From: the human T2T-CHM13v2.0 reference genome, Homo sapiens
NCBI RefSeq assembly: GCF_009914755.1
Contig: NC_060932.1
Length of the DNA: 64,000 nucleotides
Reading direction: 5' to 3' (one strand)
The position numbers and the translations under genes were made by a program. Below are positions 13,869-28,390 of this stretch, in pieces (within the stretch, counting starts at the first letter, position 1; each line of letters begins with the position of its first letter). The notes beneath the pieces were generated by a model. It was not told the DNA's origin. It did not search any database and saw nothing but the letters and a program-made list of their open reading frames with translations.

Positions 13869-16800
13869 ATCTCCCACCATGTTCCAAACCCAGTTAGGAC
13901 AGGGACCATTTATATTGTGTTCCCAGTTGTAACTCTAGCACCTGGCACAAAGCAATGATGAGATACTATATTCCCAATGTATGCAGTTATAGCAACGAAC
14001 GTAGCATGGTATCTAAGAGCATCGCGCTCCTGGAGAGAGCTTGTGTTTGAATCCTTGCTTCATCACTTCTTATACTGTGTGACTTGGGTTCAAATAATTT
14101 AACTTCTGTGTGCCTCAGCTGTTTGATCTGCAGAAGAAAAGGGATAATAACAACTCCCATCTCACAGAGGTATAAGGATAAAATGACAGTGCTAAAAAAG
14201 TGCTTAGAACAGTGCTAAAACATAATAAACATATAATAAATGATAGTGATTATCACTGATGTTGCTATTTGCCCTGGCCTCATGTGTGGCTAAGTATCCT
14301 GGGGTGTGGACCAATTCCGATAAAAACTGGAGAAGTTAAAGCTCTAAGGTTTTGCAATACTTACTGGGCTGAAGGGTCCTATATATAGCATATAATAAGT
14401 GTTCAGCAAACATTTATTCAACTGAATACTCTACGAGCTGACCTTACATGGTCTGAGGTGGAGCTCTGGGTCAAAGCCATTCTCCTACCCTGCTCAGGAG
14501 ATCACTTTTTGCTCCACCTGGGCAGTGGTCATCTTTATCAATACACAAAGAAGTCCACTGATAAAGAGGGACTTCTTCAACTCTTTCTCAACCTTTTCCT
14601 TCTAAGACCAAGGCTTGAATAGGATGGGCTCCCTGGAGTCTAAGTAATAAGTATTTCAAATATCTTTACTGTAACAAATCTTAGTATCTACCAGAAGCTA
14701 TTCTGAAGATGAGGAAACAAAAGTACTGGCAATTCCTGACCTGAATGCCAGGTTAACTCAAGGGACCAATCGACTCCCAGTACAATAGAAACTGCAAAGC
14801 CATAATTTTAACTCTTATTATGATACAGAAAGGAAAACAAAAGAATGGTTTATTTAAAGACTAAAACTGCCTATTTTATGAAGTCACTGTTTACATTGTT
14901 GGAAACTCAATTTTGCAGTCCTCTAAAACAAGTTTTTTCTCCAGACCACTTAAGGTAAAAGAAAAAAAAAAACCACGAAACAAACAAAACAAAACACAAA
15001 ACAAAAAGGTAGAGTTGAAAGTATGCTTTTTATAGGAAGGAAAATGGTAATGTGTATACAAGGGACCTCGAAGATGCTGTGGGTACCCACGGGGATTTTG
15101 CCACAAAGGGTGGATGATTAAGGAGTTCACATTTATGGTTGTGAGATGGCCAGAAAGTCTAAAGCAAACTCTACTCGTGCTAGGGAGGCATCAGTGCCAG
15201 TTTCTACCATTCCAGTAAGAATTTCTTTAATTGCATTTGTTTTTTTCTTGAAGAATTCAAGGTAATATTACCCCTTTCAGTATGTGTTCTGGAGAAACAG
15301 AGCAGAAAGCTTAAAAGAACTAGTGTGCTGGCCTTCTGGAAGGGTTTAAATCTCAAAATGAAACCTGATCATGTCACATCTCTGCTTAAAGCTCTTCCAC
15401 GAGTGTCTAAAGTTCTTAGGGTTAAGGCCCACATGTTTAATATGACCTAAATGTTCTGGTGGTCTAGCTTTGGCAAAATTCTCCAGTGTCACCTCACAAC
15501 TACCCCCTGCTCTAGCAAAATATCTTAACATCATTGTTCCCTCTTTGTAAATACTCTCCCTGATTCCAACTCCTGCCTTTGTGAGTCCCCACTATACAAT
15601 CTCAAGTCTGTACATTCTCCTTTGAGGACTTAATGCAATTAATAACTTAATAATTATCAGTCTGCTGTCTCTTTCTCTTGCAAGATTAATTAATTCACTA
15701 ATTTGCTCATTCAGTTTGCCAAGTACCTACTATGAGCTAGATGCTGTAAGCTCCATAAAAGCATGGATTCAGGATGCACTGTTCATCACTGATTCCCACT
15801 ACCTCATCGGACACATAGTAGGTAACTCAAAAAAAGCTGTTCAATGAGTGAATGAATATGTTTATTCCATTTTAATTTTTTTAAGTACCTATTACAATGT
15901 TAGATACAAAGACCATACTCAATAAGTAATCCTTTAATATTTTTGGAGGGAAAGACTGAGTAGCACTTAAACTTTGCATCATCAATTAGCATTTTGAAAA
16001 GGCAAATAAAAACACACAGGTGGCTAAAATGTTACCTTTGACACTTTCTTAAAGTACTAAGGCACCGCAGTAATGGATATTCATCACTTTCCTGCCCTAA
16101 CACACACAGACGCACGTGTGTGCAACAACATAACCAAATATGTATATTTATATGCACCTAGATAGCATCTACACAAGAAAATCATTCACACATTTGTTAA
16201 TCACAGCTTTGTTTATATAGTACTTATACAGGGTGGAGCAATAATTTGTGAGTCTTTTAAATTGATGTAAGAGACATTTTTCAGTTTATTCTATGAGCAA
16301 ATATGATGAGCCCAAGTCCCTACTAGAAAATTCAAGCCTGGAGAACTGGATTAATAAATATAAATGAATTCATTTGACAGAGTGACATTTTCATTTAATT
16401 AAGGCAGAAAATCAGCTCTAAAACAAATGATTGTCCCTGACAAAGAAGCAGAAATTGGTTCTTAATAAATTTCTAATAGCTCTTCCATGGGCTGCGGAAG
16501 GTCTTCAGTGATAGAGCACTTTGGTGGGGGTGGGGAGTGGGATGAAGGGAGGGACAGTGAAGAGAATTGAAAAGAAAAGGAGAAGAAAAGGAACAGGGAA
16601 GCACAAAAGGTAGTGCATATTTAAAATTTCAAAAATAGCAAGAAAATTAGAGACCATTTATTTATGCTTTAATACATGTCAAATCCTGATAGACCAAAAT
16701 TATTATAGTAAAACTCTTTCCGTAACAAAACAAATATCCAAGTGTTAGGAGAGAATTAATTTAAAAAATATATAAAACAAAGGTCAATAAAATTTGCTCT

Positions 16801-17646
16801 ATTATTTCATCTCTTCCTCGTTTCTGTGGTGTTGTCTGAATTTTAGGGACACAAATGACAAAAGAAAAATCAAATTTTCTGATACATAGACATAAGGATA
16901 AATGCACACATATGTAGTTTACAGTAACTGTGAATTATAACAACCAACCACATGATAGAAATGGGATAAACTGAAATGAATACCCAAATACTTAGTTTTC
17001 AGAATCTCCATATACTACCTTCACCAATGTTTAATAGTTTTTAGGACTAAACATTAGGTTTGTTTCTCTAATAGAACTTGGAAAGAGGGAGCCTTTAGAT
17101 GTATAAATCAAAGTCACATACTTCTTACATAGCAGATACTTCAAACCCTCATGGTCACTGTTAATAAATTTCTGTCCACTCATTTATGCCAAATCAATTT
17201 CAATTAAATCAATTAAAATGGCAACTAGCAAAATTTCACATTATTGATCTAACAAGATTAAGATTACTCAAGATATTGGCAGCACTAAGAAATGCTATGC
17301 TGACATCTCTGCTTCATTATGATGCCAAGTTGAAAAACAAACAAATTTGATTTCTTAGGGACCCAATAGCTCAGGTATGCAGGAAACATCTCAGCAAAAC
17401 CATACACCACATATTCCTAGCAGCCCAAAAAATGCAAAATGGAAGATGGAGGGTGATAACTATGTTTTGATAAGCAAGCTATTAAATCTTTTATTTGAAT
17501 AGTCTCAAGTGTTAATTTCTTTAAGTGCATCTTGAGTTTCTTGCAAAAGAAAAACATGTATTTTTGAAATAAGAAATACTTCACAGCAGGCAGATAGGGG
17601 AGTGGAAAGAGCATGGGCTTTGGAGGCAATTAGTCATCTTACACAC

Positions 17647-18198
<552 letters not shown>

Positions 18199-19684
18199 AA
18201 ATAATATTTTTTAGCTGTGTGGCCTTGGCAGGCATTGTGGCTCTTTGGGCCTCCTTTTCTTTATTTGTAGAATGCAGTCCATGACATCTACTTTGCAAAA
18301 TTACTGTGTGAACTAAATGCAGAATTTATTAATAAAATGTGAAGTGTGTACACAGGTCCACAATCAGTATTAGCTCCAGACTTCCACTGGTGATAAAGTG
18401 AAGATTTGGGAAACTTTATATAGAAATAAAAACTAGTATCTAATGCTAATGTTAGATATTAATAATTCAGAAAACTGCTACCTAACTCTGAGACTTTAAT
18501 GGTTTCCAATACGAATCCCCGAACCGACCTTTTAGAGCTGAAGCAACTATCTTTCTTTCTCTTCTTCCTCTCTTCTTTATTCACAGGAGGTAGTACCATG
18601 ATAACTTTGCCCTTATACCTGCCAAGCACAGGAAATTGTAGAGTCTCTGTGTAAAGTAACTTGTTTATTATCCTTTGGGGGTTGCCTAAGAAAACTTATT
18701 TCATATTTCTGGGGAAATAGGAGGTGGAATTTCAGCAGTGCTGTCTCCTGAGAACTATGGAGGGTGGGCTACTTTCTTAGGTCTTGAAGACATAACCTGC
18801 AAGTTTAGGTGATAGTGTTAGATGGGCTCCATCCTAGTTTGGGTTTTAAGATAGGATACCTTTAGGAACCCTAAGAGCTGAAAACTCCTTCTGAATTCAC
18901 CTGGTTATGACAAGCGAACTCCTTAAGGCCAAAAGGAGTTTGACTCAGATACTCCCTTGTGCTCTGAGTGCTGCGTGGAGTGCTGTGGGCTCTGAATCTG
19001 CATAGAGCTGGACAGCAGACCCTCACGCTTTCACATGCACAGAAGTCAACTGCGGTGAAGCTGTGAAAAATACCAGTGCCTGGGCCTGAGGGTCTAATTT
19101 GTCAGGTTCAAGATAAGGTCTGGGAATCTCCATTTGGAAGAAGTAAAACAAAACAATTCTGCTGCAAGAAGGTCATGAATTTGGGGGAGGAGAATGTGGT
19201 GAAGAGGAGTGAAGGATGAATCTTTACAACCCTCTCCTTTACCGTTTTTCAATCTATTACCATGGGTTGTCTAGTCTCCTTTTCTCTTGGGGATGAGGAT
19301 GACTTCCTCATCCTCATTTGCCACCACCCTCATCCAGGTTGTTATCATATCCTGTGTAGATTACCACAACAGCCTCCTAACTAGATGTCTTGCCCCCTGT
19401 CTTTGCTTTTCCAGTGCATCCTCTCATCTTTTGTTATAGAAATCTGATTAGGACAGTCTATGATTCACAACCCTTCTGTAGTTGCCACTGTCTTCAGGAT
19501 AAATTCTAGATTCCTTGAGAAAAGCAAACATATAAGGCATTCACTTCACATTCCAGTCCTTTCCTTACTTTTCCAATCTCACTTCCTGCCATCTTCCCTC
19601 CCTTCTGACCAACTCCTAACCCTCTAACTATATTAGGCTTCTTCATGCTCCTGGAACACACCAAACTTCTTCAACCTTCACCCC

Positions 19685-20194
19685 TGTGAGAGTTAACTTT
19701 ATGTGTCAACTTGACTGAGATAAGGGATGCCCAGATAGTTGGTGGAACATTATTTCTAGGTGTACCTGTGTGGGTATTTCCAGAAGAGATTAGCATTTAA
19801 ATCAGCATGCTAAGTAAAGAGGAGCTGCCCTCACCCATGTAGGTGGAATTGTCCTGTCTGTTGAGAACATGAACGAAACAAAAAAGTGGAGAAGGACAAC
19901 TTGTTTCGTTCTCTCCTTGAGCTGGGGCATCCATCTCCTTTTGCCCTTGGACACTGTAGCTACTGATTCTTGGGCTTACAGACTCTGGGACTTACACCAG
20001 CAGCTCCCTCTATTCCCAGGCCTTCAGAATTGACTAAATTATACCACCAGCTTTCCCGGTTCTTCCGCTTGTAGATGGCAGATCGTGGGACTTCTCAGCC
20101 TCCAAAATCATGCGAGCCAATTCCCATAATAAATCTCCTCTTATATGTCTATATATACCCTATTGGTTGTTTCTCTCTGAAGAACCCTAATACA
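19685..20194 (+). mobile_element. MLT2 (ERVL) LTR inserted in L2 sequence
   Basis: gttaactttatgtgtcaacttgactg...gggacttctcagcctcc...agaaccctaataca. Confidence 0.85.
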
Positions 20195-20889
20195 GCCTCA
20201 GAACAGTCTGTTCCTTGCAACTGGGACATTTTCTTTCTATAGTCGCCAAGCACCACCTAATCTGGCTAACTCTTCTTCCTCTTTTAGATCTCAGCTTCCT
20301 GAAGGAGATTTTCCTGATCCCTTAGAGCCAGAGAAGTCCCTCTGCTTACTTGCTCCCCAAAGCATAATTAATGACCCCATTCATATCAGCCACCATGTTA
20401 CTATGATTGCTTGTGGATGAGTGTCTTCTCCACTAAAATGTAAAATCCATGTATATAAGAACCATATCTATCTTGCTTATCATATTTTGCCAAAAGCTAG
20501 TAAAGGCCTGACACAAAGCAGGCACTCAGCAAATACACGGTTTTATAGTAAATATACTATCACAACATGCTGTACCTCTCTAGAGCTCTTAACACTTTGG
20601 CAATTTTATATGTGTTTGATGACTAAAGAGGAAATAAACACATCTTGCTAACTAATAGCTGGCAAAGTTCAGAGGTCACTTTTCCTTGTAACCTTTTCTG
20701 ACACATTTCTTCTAGACTGGATACCCTTCCTATATGACACTGCAAACATCCACACTTCTGTCACACCTCAGACATTTCTGTGCTATAATATTTTACATAT
20801 AGGTCTCCTTAACATGACTTCAAAGGCAAGAATTTAATATTCATCCCTGTATCCCTAACATACAGCATATAAATAGTAGTTGACACTTA

Positions 20890-21423
<534 letters not shown>

Positions 21424-23632
21424 TTATTCTTGTCTGGGGCTCAAGACTGGACCAATGGCTGCACAACTTTAGAGTCCATTCACAGTGTAGTCTATGCACA
21501 TGGTACCTTCTAGAATTGGCATGTAGAAATTCTGATACAATGGGAGGCTTGAACATCTACACTGTACAGGGGTTTTTGCCAGACACCGAGAATTGGTGGT
21601 CCCCCCAAAAAAGGCCACAGAGAAATTAGTTAATATGCAATATTAGGGACAGAAGTCCTAAAGCACACAGATGGCATATTTTTCTGTTTCTTCTTAGAAA
21701 AGCCAGAACATCTCAGTGCATCTCTGAAAGTGGCTTTGATTTCTTCTTATCCAGTCCACATGTCAATGTTCTAAATCAACTGACTCTCTAAAAATCCCAT
21801 AGGACATTTGAACACCGCACATATTAGACTGTAGGGTCTATACTTATCCTCAAGAATAAAACCAATATCAATTGTTGAAAACCTGTAACTCATCTTTCTT
21901 CAATGTAACATTAGTAATTTAAGATCCTTCAAATCCACAGTCAAGCCACAAGGTCAAGGTGACATAACAATGCAACCTTATGACCATCTTAAATTGTCCA
22001 AACAAGAGATATCACATATATTGTTTCACCTAGTACATTTAAATGCAAAGTGGTCAATGCATTTGAGGTTGGTGAGTTCTGCAGGGGCAGACATGAAGCA
22101 TTTTTGAAGTCTCTGAAGTTCCCTAAAATTACTCATCAGTATGCAAAGAATGACTTAAAACATTGAGCTGTGAAGCAGCAATGACAAGGATCATTCCTGA
22201 TAGAAAAAGTCCATATTAGACAAATAATGTGTAGACATGTCTCCCATATGCTGGCTAGAGGAACCATTAGGGGCGCTACAAAAGGCAGATATTTTTCTAC
22301 CATGAACAATGTAACAGACAAGAATCATGAGTCCATGTCAAGCCTTAAACAAAACTCCTTCTTGGATTAAATGACCTAATGGATTCCCAGAATAAAAACG
22401 AAACAGGAAAAGATGCTAATCAGGATATACATCTCATAATTCTAACTGCTACTGATAAACTGACATATGATTTTAATAATTCCCTCAAAAAACATGTCTT
22501 TTGGCCTTTAAATATAAAGCTCATTCCAAGGAGAATTTCTCTGATGGCTTAAAGACTTGATAAAATTAGAAATATTCCTGGCCACAACATTTCTGCAAGG
22601 GTGCGAAGATTTTGAAATGTGTCGGGGGAAATCTTAAGGAGGTAGCAGTTCGAGAAAATGTGGACTTGGAGGAAATTGAGAAGGGACACGTGATTCGCAG
22701 ATCATAATCAAATAAGGTTGAATGAAGAAGTAGTAACAAAAGACCCTAGCTACAGAAGAATAATCTGTTCAGATTCCTATTAGGTTACTCATCCAAAATC
22801 CTTATCTACCATTAGCCGCTGAGCTCATGGTCATAGAAGAAGGTTCACTTAACAATCACTGGAGAGTGTCACTCAGGAGAACATTTAAGGACTGAAAATA
22901 TTAGATGAAACCACTCAAAGCAGGTGAGTGGCTTATGTTTAAGAGCCCTTGCCATTGTCTTTACTTGATGGGTCAATAGAAAAAGATCACAAGGGAATGA
23001 AGAGATTCTTAAAAAAGGAGATCCTAGGTAATGTTGCTCATGGTGAAAGATGATTCAAAATGGCTTTGTAGCTACGTTTATTTTCTTGTGAATCCATGAA
23101 AATTGATATTGCATTCACTGCTTTGAGAAGATTTAGTGGAAAATGAAATAGAGGAAGAAAATGAGAGAAAAGGGCAACAATTAAATTTATATTAGCAAAA
23201 ACATACAGAGGATCCACCTCTCGCTAGCACTATGCAAAGTAAAATTAGAACACAACTGAAGTTTGCTCATAGTCTACAAGGAAGACAAAGCACTACCTTG
23301 CTTTTATACAGGCTTCCCTTTCTGCCACCCTTTGTGCACCTGTTAACATTTTTATCCCTTAAAAACTAGCTCATCTGTTGTAGCACTGGCAAGTCTTCCT
23401 TATCCCACCTATTCCCAAGTGAGGCTGAGTTCCAGCTCTGTGCCATCATTATACTATCATGTGTCTCTATGATGGCATACATCATTCTATCCTTATTGCT
23501 AGAATGGGCACTCCCTTTTTATCTCTAGTACCTCACACAAAGTGTGGAGCACACCGGATGGAAGAATAATGGATACTATGTGATGAATACAGTATTATTA
23601 GTCTGAACAAAGTGCTAAGAAATGCAGAGGGG

Positions 23633-25394
23633 CCAAAAACAGACACGTAGACCAATGGAACAGAATAGAAAACTCAGAAATAAGAGTGCACACCTACAAC
23701 AATCTGATCTTTGACAAACCTGACAAAAACAAGCAATGGGGAAAGGATTCCCTATTTAATAAACGGTGCTGGGAAACCTGGCTAGCCATATGCAGAAAAT
23801 TGAAACTGGACCTCTTCCTTACACTTTATACAAAAATTAACTCAGGATGGATTAAAAACTTGAACGTAGGCCAGGCACAGTGGCTCACTCCTGTAATCCC
23901 AGAACTTTGGGAAGCTGAGGCTGGTGGATTGCCTGAGGTCAGGAGTTTGAGACCAGCCTGGCCAACATGGTGAAACCCCATCTCTACTAAAAATTCAAAA
24001 ATTAGCTGGGCATGGTGGTGGGCACCTGTAATCCAGCTACTCAGGAGGTTGAAGCAGGAGAATCGCTTGAACCTAGGAGGCGGAGGTTGCAGTGAGCTGG
24101 GATCACGCCATTATACTCCCGCCCGGGCAACAAGAGTAAAACTCTGTCTCAAAAAAAATAAAATATAAAAAACCCACAAAAACAAAAACAAAAATAAAAC
24201 AACAACAACAACAACAAAAAACTTAAATGTAAAATCCCAAACTACAAAAACTGTAGAAGAAAATCTAGGCAATACTATTGAGGACATAGGCATGGGCAAA
24301 GATTTCATGACAAAAATGTCAAAAGCAGTTGCAGCGAAAGTAAAAACTGACAAATGGGATCTAATTAAAGAGCTCTGTACAGCAAAATAAACTATCATCA
24401 GAGTGAACAGAAAATCTACAGAATGGGAGAAATTTTTTCCGACGTATCCATCTGACCAAGGTCTAATATCCAGAATCTATAAGGAACTTAAACAAATTTA
24501 CAAGAAGAAAACAAACTTACAAGAAGAAAACAAACAACCCCATTAAAAAGTGGGCAAAGGACATGAACAGACACTTCTCAAAAGAAGACATTTATGTGGC
24601 CAAAAAACATGAAAAAAAAGCTCAACATCACTGATCATTAGAGAAATGCAAATAAAAACCACAGTGAGATACCATCTCACGCCAGTCCTAACAGGGATTA
24701 TTACAAAGTCAAGAAAAAACAGATGCTGGTGAGGTTGTGGAGAGACAGGAATGCTTTTACACTGTTGGTGGGAATGCAAATTAGTTGAACCATTGTAGAA
24801 GACAATGTGGTGATTCCTCAAAGACCTGGAACTGGAAATATCCTTTGCCCCAGCAATCCCATTACTGGGTATATACCCAAAGGAATATAAATCATTCTGT
24901 TTTAAAGACACATGCATGCATATAATCACTGCAGCACTACTCACAACAGCAAAGAGATGGAGTCAACCCAAACGTCAATCGATGATAGACTTCATAAAGA
25001 AAATGTGGTACATATACACCATGGAATACTATGCAGACATAAAAAGGAATGAGATAATGTCCTTTGCAGGGACATTGATGGAGCTGGAAGCCATTATCCT
25101 CAGCAGACTAATGCAGGAACAGAAAACCAAATACTTCATGTTCTAATTCATAAGTGGGAACTGAACAATGAGAACCCATGGACACAGGGAGGGGAACAAC
25201 ACACACTGGGGCCTGTCAGGGTGGAGGGTGAGGGGAGGGAGAGCATCAGGAAAAATAGCTAATGCATGCCGGGCTTAATACCTAAGTGATGGGTTGATAG
25301 GTGCAGCAAACCACCATGGTACACGTTTACCTATGTAACAAACCTGCACATCCTGCACATGTACTCTGGAACTTAAATAAAATTTTTTTTAAAA
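23633..25394 (+). mobile_element. 5'-truncated older L1PA element (ORF2 3' part plus 3' UTR), interrupted by an Alu
   Basis: ORF2 remnant [26 protein letters not shown] aagaaatgcaga at 23617-23628 and 25395-25406. Confidence 0.93.
23869..24216 (+). mobile_element. AluS within L1
   Basis: TSD aaaaacttgaacgta / aaaaacttaaatgta. Long mixed A/CAA tail. Confidence 0.92.
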
Positions 25395-25779
25395 AAGAAA
25401 TGCAGATGGATAGGAGAATGATTGGTTCTGCCTGAAAGATGAGGTAAGTCTTCTCAGAAGAGTTAATATTTCATCAAGGCTATGTCTTTTCATGAGTTTT
25501 ATTATACAATATTCATAACAATCCTGTGAAATAGATCTTATTCCCATTTTTATAATGAAGATATCTTAATTTCTGACAAGCAACTTGTCCAAAGTTAATA
25601 CATCCATGAAATGCCTAGAATGGCTGTGCGATGCTGAAGAGTTTGACTTTTATTCTGTAGGTAATTGGGAACCATTCAATGTTTTAAGGATGGAAATAAT
25701 GTTGTCAGAAATATATTTAACTCTGGCAATAGAAGTGGGAAGTTAATTGAAGTAGAATTGAGGGAGCAGGACAGAGACT

Positions 25780-26480
25780 TCAGATCAAATGATAACTAGA
25801 ATGTTATTCAAATGGCCTGGGAAAGAGCTGAAGAGGAATGAATTAACACAGTGGTTAGGGTAGAGATAAGGCTGGGAAAGATGGGAAACTCACTTCACAA
25901 GCAGAACTCTGAGGATTTGGTCATGGACTCCATGTGAGTGATGAGGAAAACGGAGTAATCACAGGTGACTCTGAGCCTTCCATGACAGGTGACAGCGTGA
26001 GTCATGGAGGTATTAACCTTGAGAACCAACACAGGAGGAAGAACAGACTCGGGAGATGGTAGAAAAGATAATGGGTTAGATTCAGATATTTTAAATTTGA
26101 GATGTCAGAGAAATATTCAGGGGTACACATCTTTTAGAGAGAGAAAAATAAGAATCTGTAGTTTCAGAGAGGTCTAAAACGTAAATCTGAGAGTCACTAT
26201 GAAGTAGGGGATGCTTAAGCGGTAGAGGGTGAGATTGTCCAGGCAGCATGCAAAATGCCAACAACTAAGAGGACCTACCCCCAGGAGGAATCAATATTTG
26301 GGACGTGGCAGAAGAGGGCAGTTTGCCAACAGCCTGAGAGAGGCCATTAGAAAGAGAACTGAGAGAGTCAATATCCTGTACATGGAACATGTGAGCACCA
26401 AGGCAAGGAAAAGCTCATGCTATCCAATGATAAAGCAGAAGAACTGTGTTGAAGAGAACTGGCATGTGAACATCAGATTT
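25780..26480 (-). mobile_element. Degenerate L2 fragment
   Basis: Purine-rich antisense L2-type motifs (ggatttgg...gatgaggaaa...ggtgactctga; ttttaaatttgagatgtc). Confidence 0.5.
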
Positions 26481-26939
26481 GTAACACCAAAGCCTCAACT
26501 AAATAAAAGGCATGAAAGAGCCTGGAAATTCAAGTAGCATAATTTGAGACATACTAGAAAATTAGAACATCAGACATTCTTCACATATGCATAAAAAGGA
26601 ATCTGACTGGCTCATGTTTTCTTTCTCAGGAGCAAGAAGATTCTCTTCCTCAGAAGAGAGACAAAAGGAAGCATTTCTCAATGTCACTTGTAGAAAGACA
26701 TATCCTATTGCCTGGTCAATAGATACTGAGAAAATTTGCTTTGAATAAATGAGTTAACAGTAAACATGTTTGACCTGAGATTCTCAGGAAATTGGGGCCC
26801 CTAATGATACTGATGGCTCCAGGAAGCACTAGGTAGAACTTCTACAAAGATGCAGTATTTTTTTTTTTTTTTTCAGAAATCTCCCATTGTTTTCATATGT
26901 ATTAAAGCCAGTCTCTAATTCTGTTTTTCTTCTTTTTCC

Positions 26940-27612
26940 ACCATCTTAAGAATATTGCTCTGGCAGTTTCTTATGAGGTCAAACATACATTTAAGATGCC
27001 AATCAGCAATTCCACTTCTAGATATTTACTTTTTTAGTGAAATAAAAATCAGTGTTTATAATAAAAACCTATGTGTGAGTGCTTATGGCAGCTTTCTTTG
27101 TGTCAAACAAACCTGCAAACAACTCAAATGTCCCACAGCTGGGGGATGGATACACAAACTGTGGTTATATTAGGTTGGTGCAAAAGTAATTGCAGTTTTT
27201 AACCATTAAAAATAATGGCAAAAAACACAACTACTTTTGCACCAACCTAATACATTTAGTGGAATACTCAGCAATGAAAGTGAATGGGATGATGACACAT
27301 CACAGCTTTGATAAGTCTAAATCCATCTCCAGAAGTCAAAGAAGTCAGACACTATGACTCCATTTATATAGCTTTGTGGAGAAGGCAAAACTGTAGGGAT
27401 GGAAAACATCATAGGTTGCCAGGGGCTGGTAGTAATAAAAGGAGCTGACAACCAAGGAGCATTGGGAGAGTATTTTCTGGAGAAATAGAAATTTTCTATC
27501 TTGATTGTTGTGGTAGTTATTCAACTGTGTGCATTTGCCAATACTTGCATAACTGTGCACTAAAAATGGTGAATTTTACTGTATGCAATACAGAATATAC
27601 CTTAATAAAAAC
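26940..27612 (+). mobile_element. Old L1M (L1MC/ME) 3' end containing a MADE1
   Basis: cagcaattccacttctag...caaatgtcccacagctggg...ggttgccaggggctgg...gtgaattttactgtatg. Confidence 0.75.
27170..27250. mobile_element. MADE1 (Hsmar1-derived MITE), 81 bp, TA target duplication
   Basis: TA|ttaggttggtgcaaaagta...tacttttgcaccaacctaa|TA, with perfect 19-bp terminal inverted repeats. Confidence 0.93.
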
Positions 27613-28390
27613 AATGAGATAAAAAGAATACTGGCATGGGAATGAGGAGAACTGCAATCTAGTCTCAGTTATGCCACTAACTAGCTGTGTAACTAGGAAC
27701 AAACCTCTAATCCTCTTTGGGTCTTGGTGCCCAAATCTGCAAAATGAGACTGGACAATATCTCAACAAGTCTATTGCTCCATTCTACAAAGACTTCCTTC
27801 TTTAAGAAAGGTGGTGGACCAGATGGCCTACTTCAGTTCAGATGGCCTACTTGAGTTGCTGAAGTATCATTGCGGAGGTGACTGGACTAAAATAGCTAGT
27901 CCGTACATATAGTTCTAAAAAGTCTTCTTGGATTAGAAAGTAGTGTTTCTAATTTTTGTTGTTCCAAAAGACAGAGCTTTGGGAAAGTCCATCTGGTTAT
28001 GCAATTCCCAAGTAAAATTTGACACATATATTTGGACAATGTGAAAAAAGTTCTTCAGGAAACACTAATGTTTAATGAGCTATAACTGGCCCTGGTAAAC
28101 AAACATACTATTCTTTTTTCATCTTATAGGGAATAATTATGAAGGCATATGAGGATGGTAGCATCTACTACTCACATCTGCCTTACTTGCCACTGTTTTC
28201 TATTGCCTGAATTTACCCAACCCTCATAGTTGCTGATATATTTTTACACTTTCTACGTATTTGCAGCCAAGAAAGTCACTAAAAGGGACACCCCAAAAAT
28301 AGTTCCACACTACAGCATGAGAAAATAAAACAATAAAAATAATAATCTTGATGATGATTTCAAAAGCTTGCATTTTTTTACTTCGTAAAG

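Noticed and set aside
23686-25146. ORFs with L1 ORF2 similarity
   Set aside because: These are fragments of a truncated, Alu-interrupted, frameshifted L1, not a gene.
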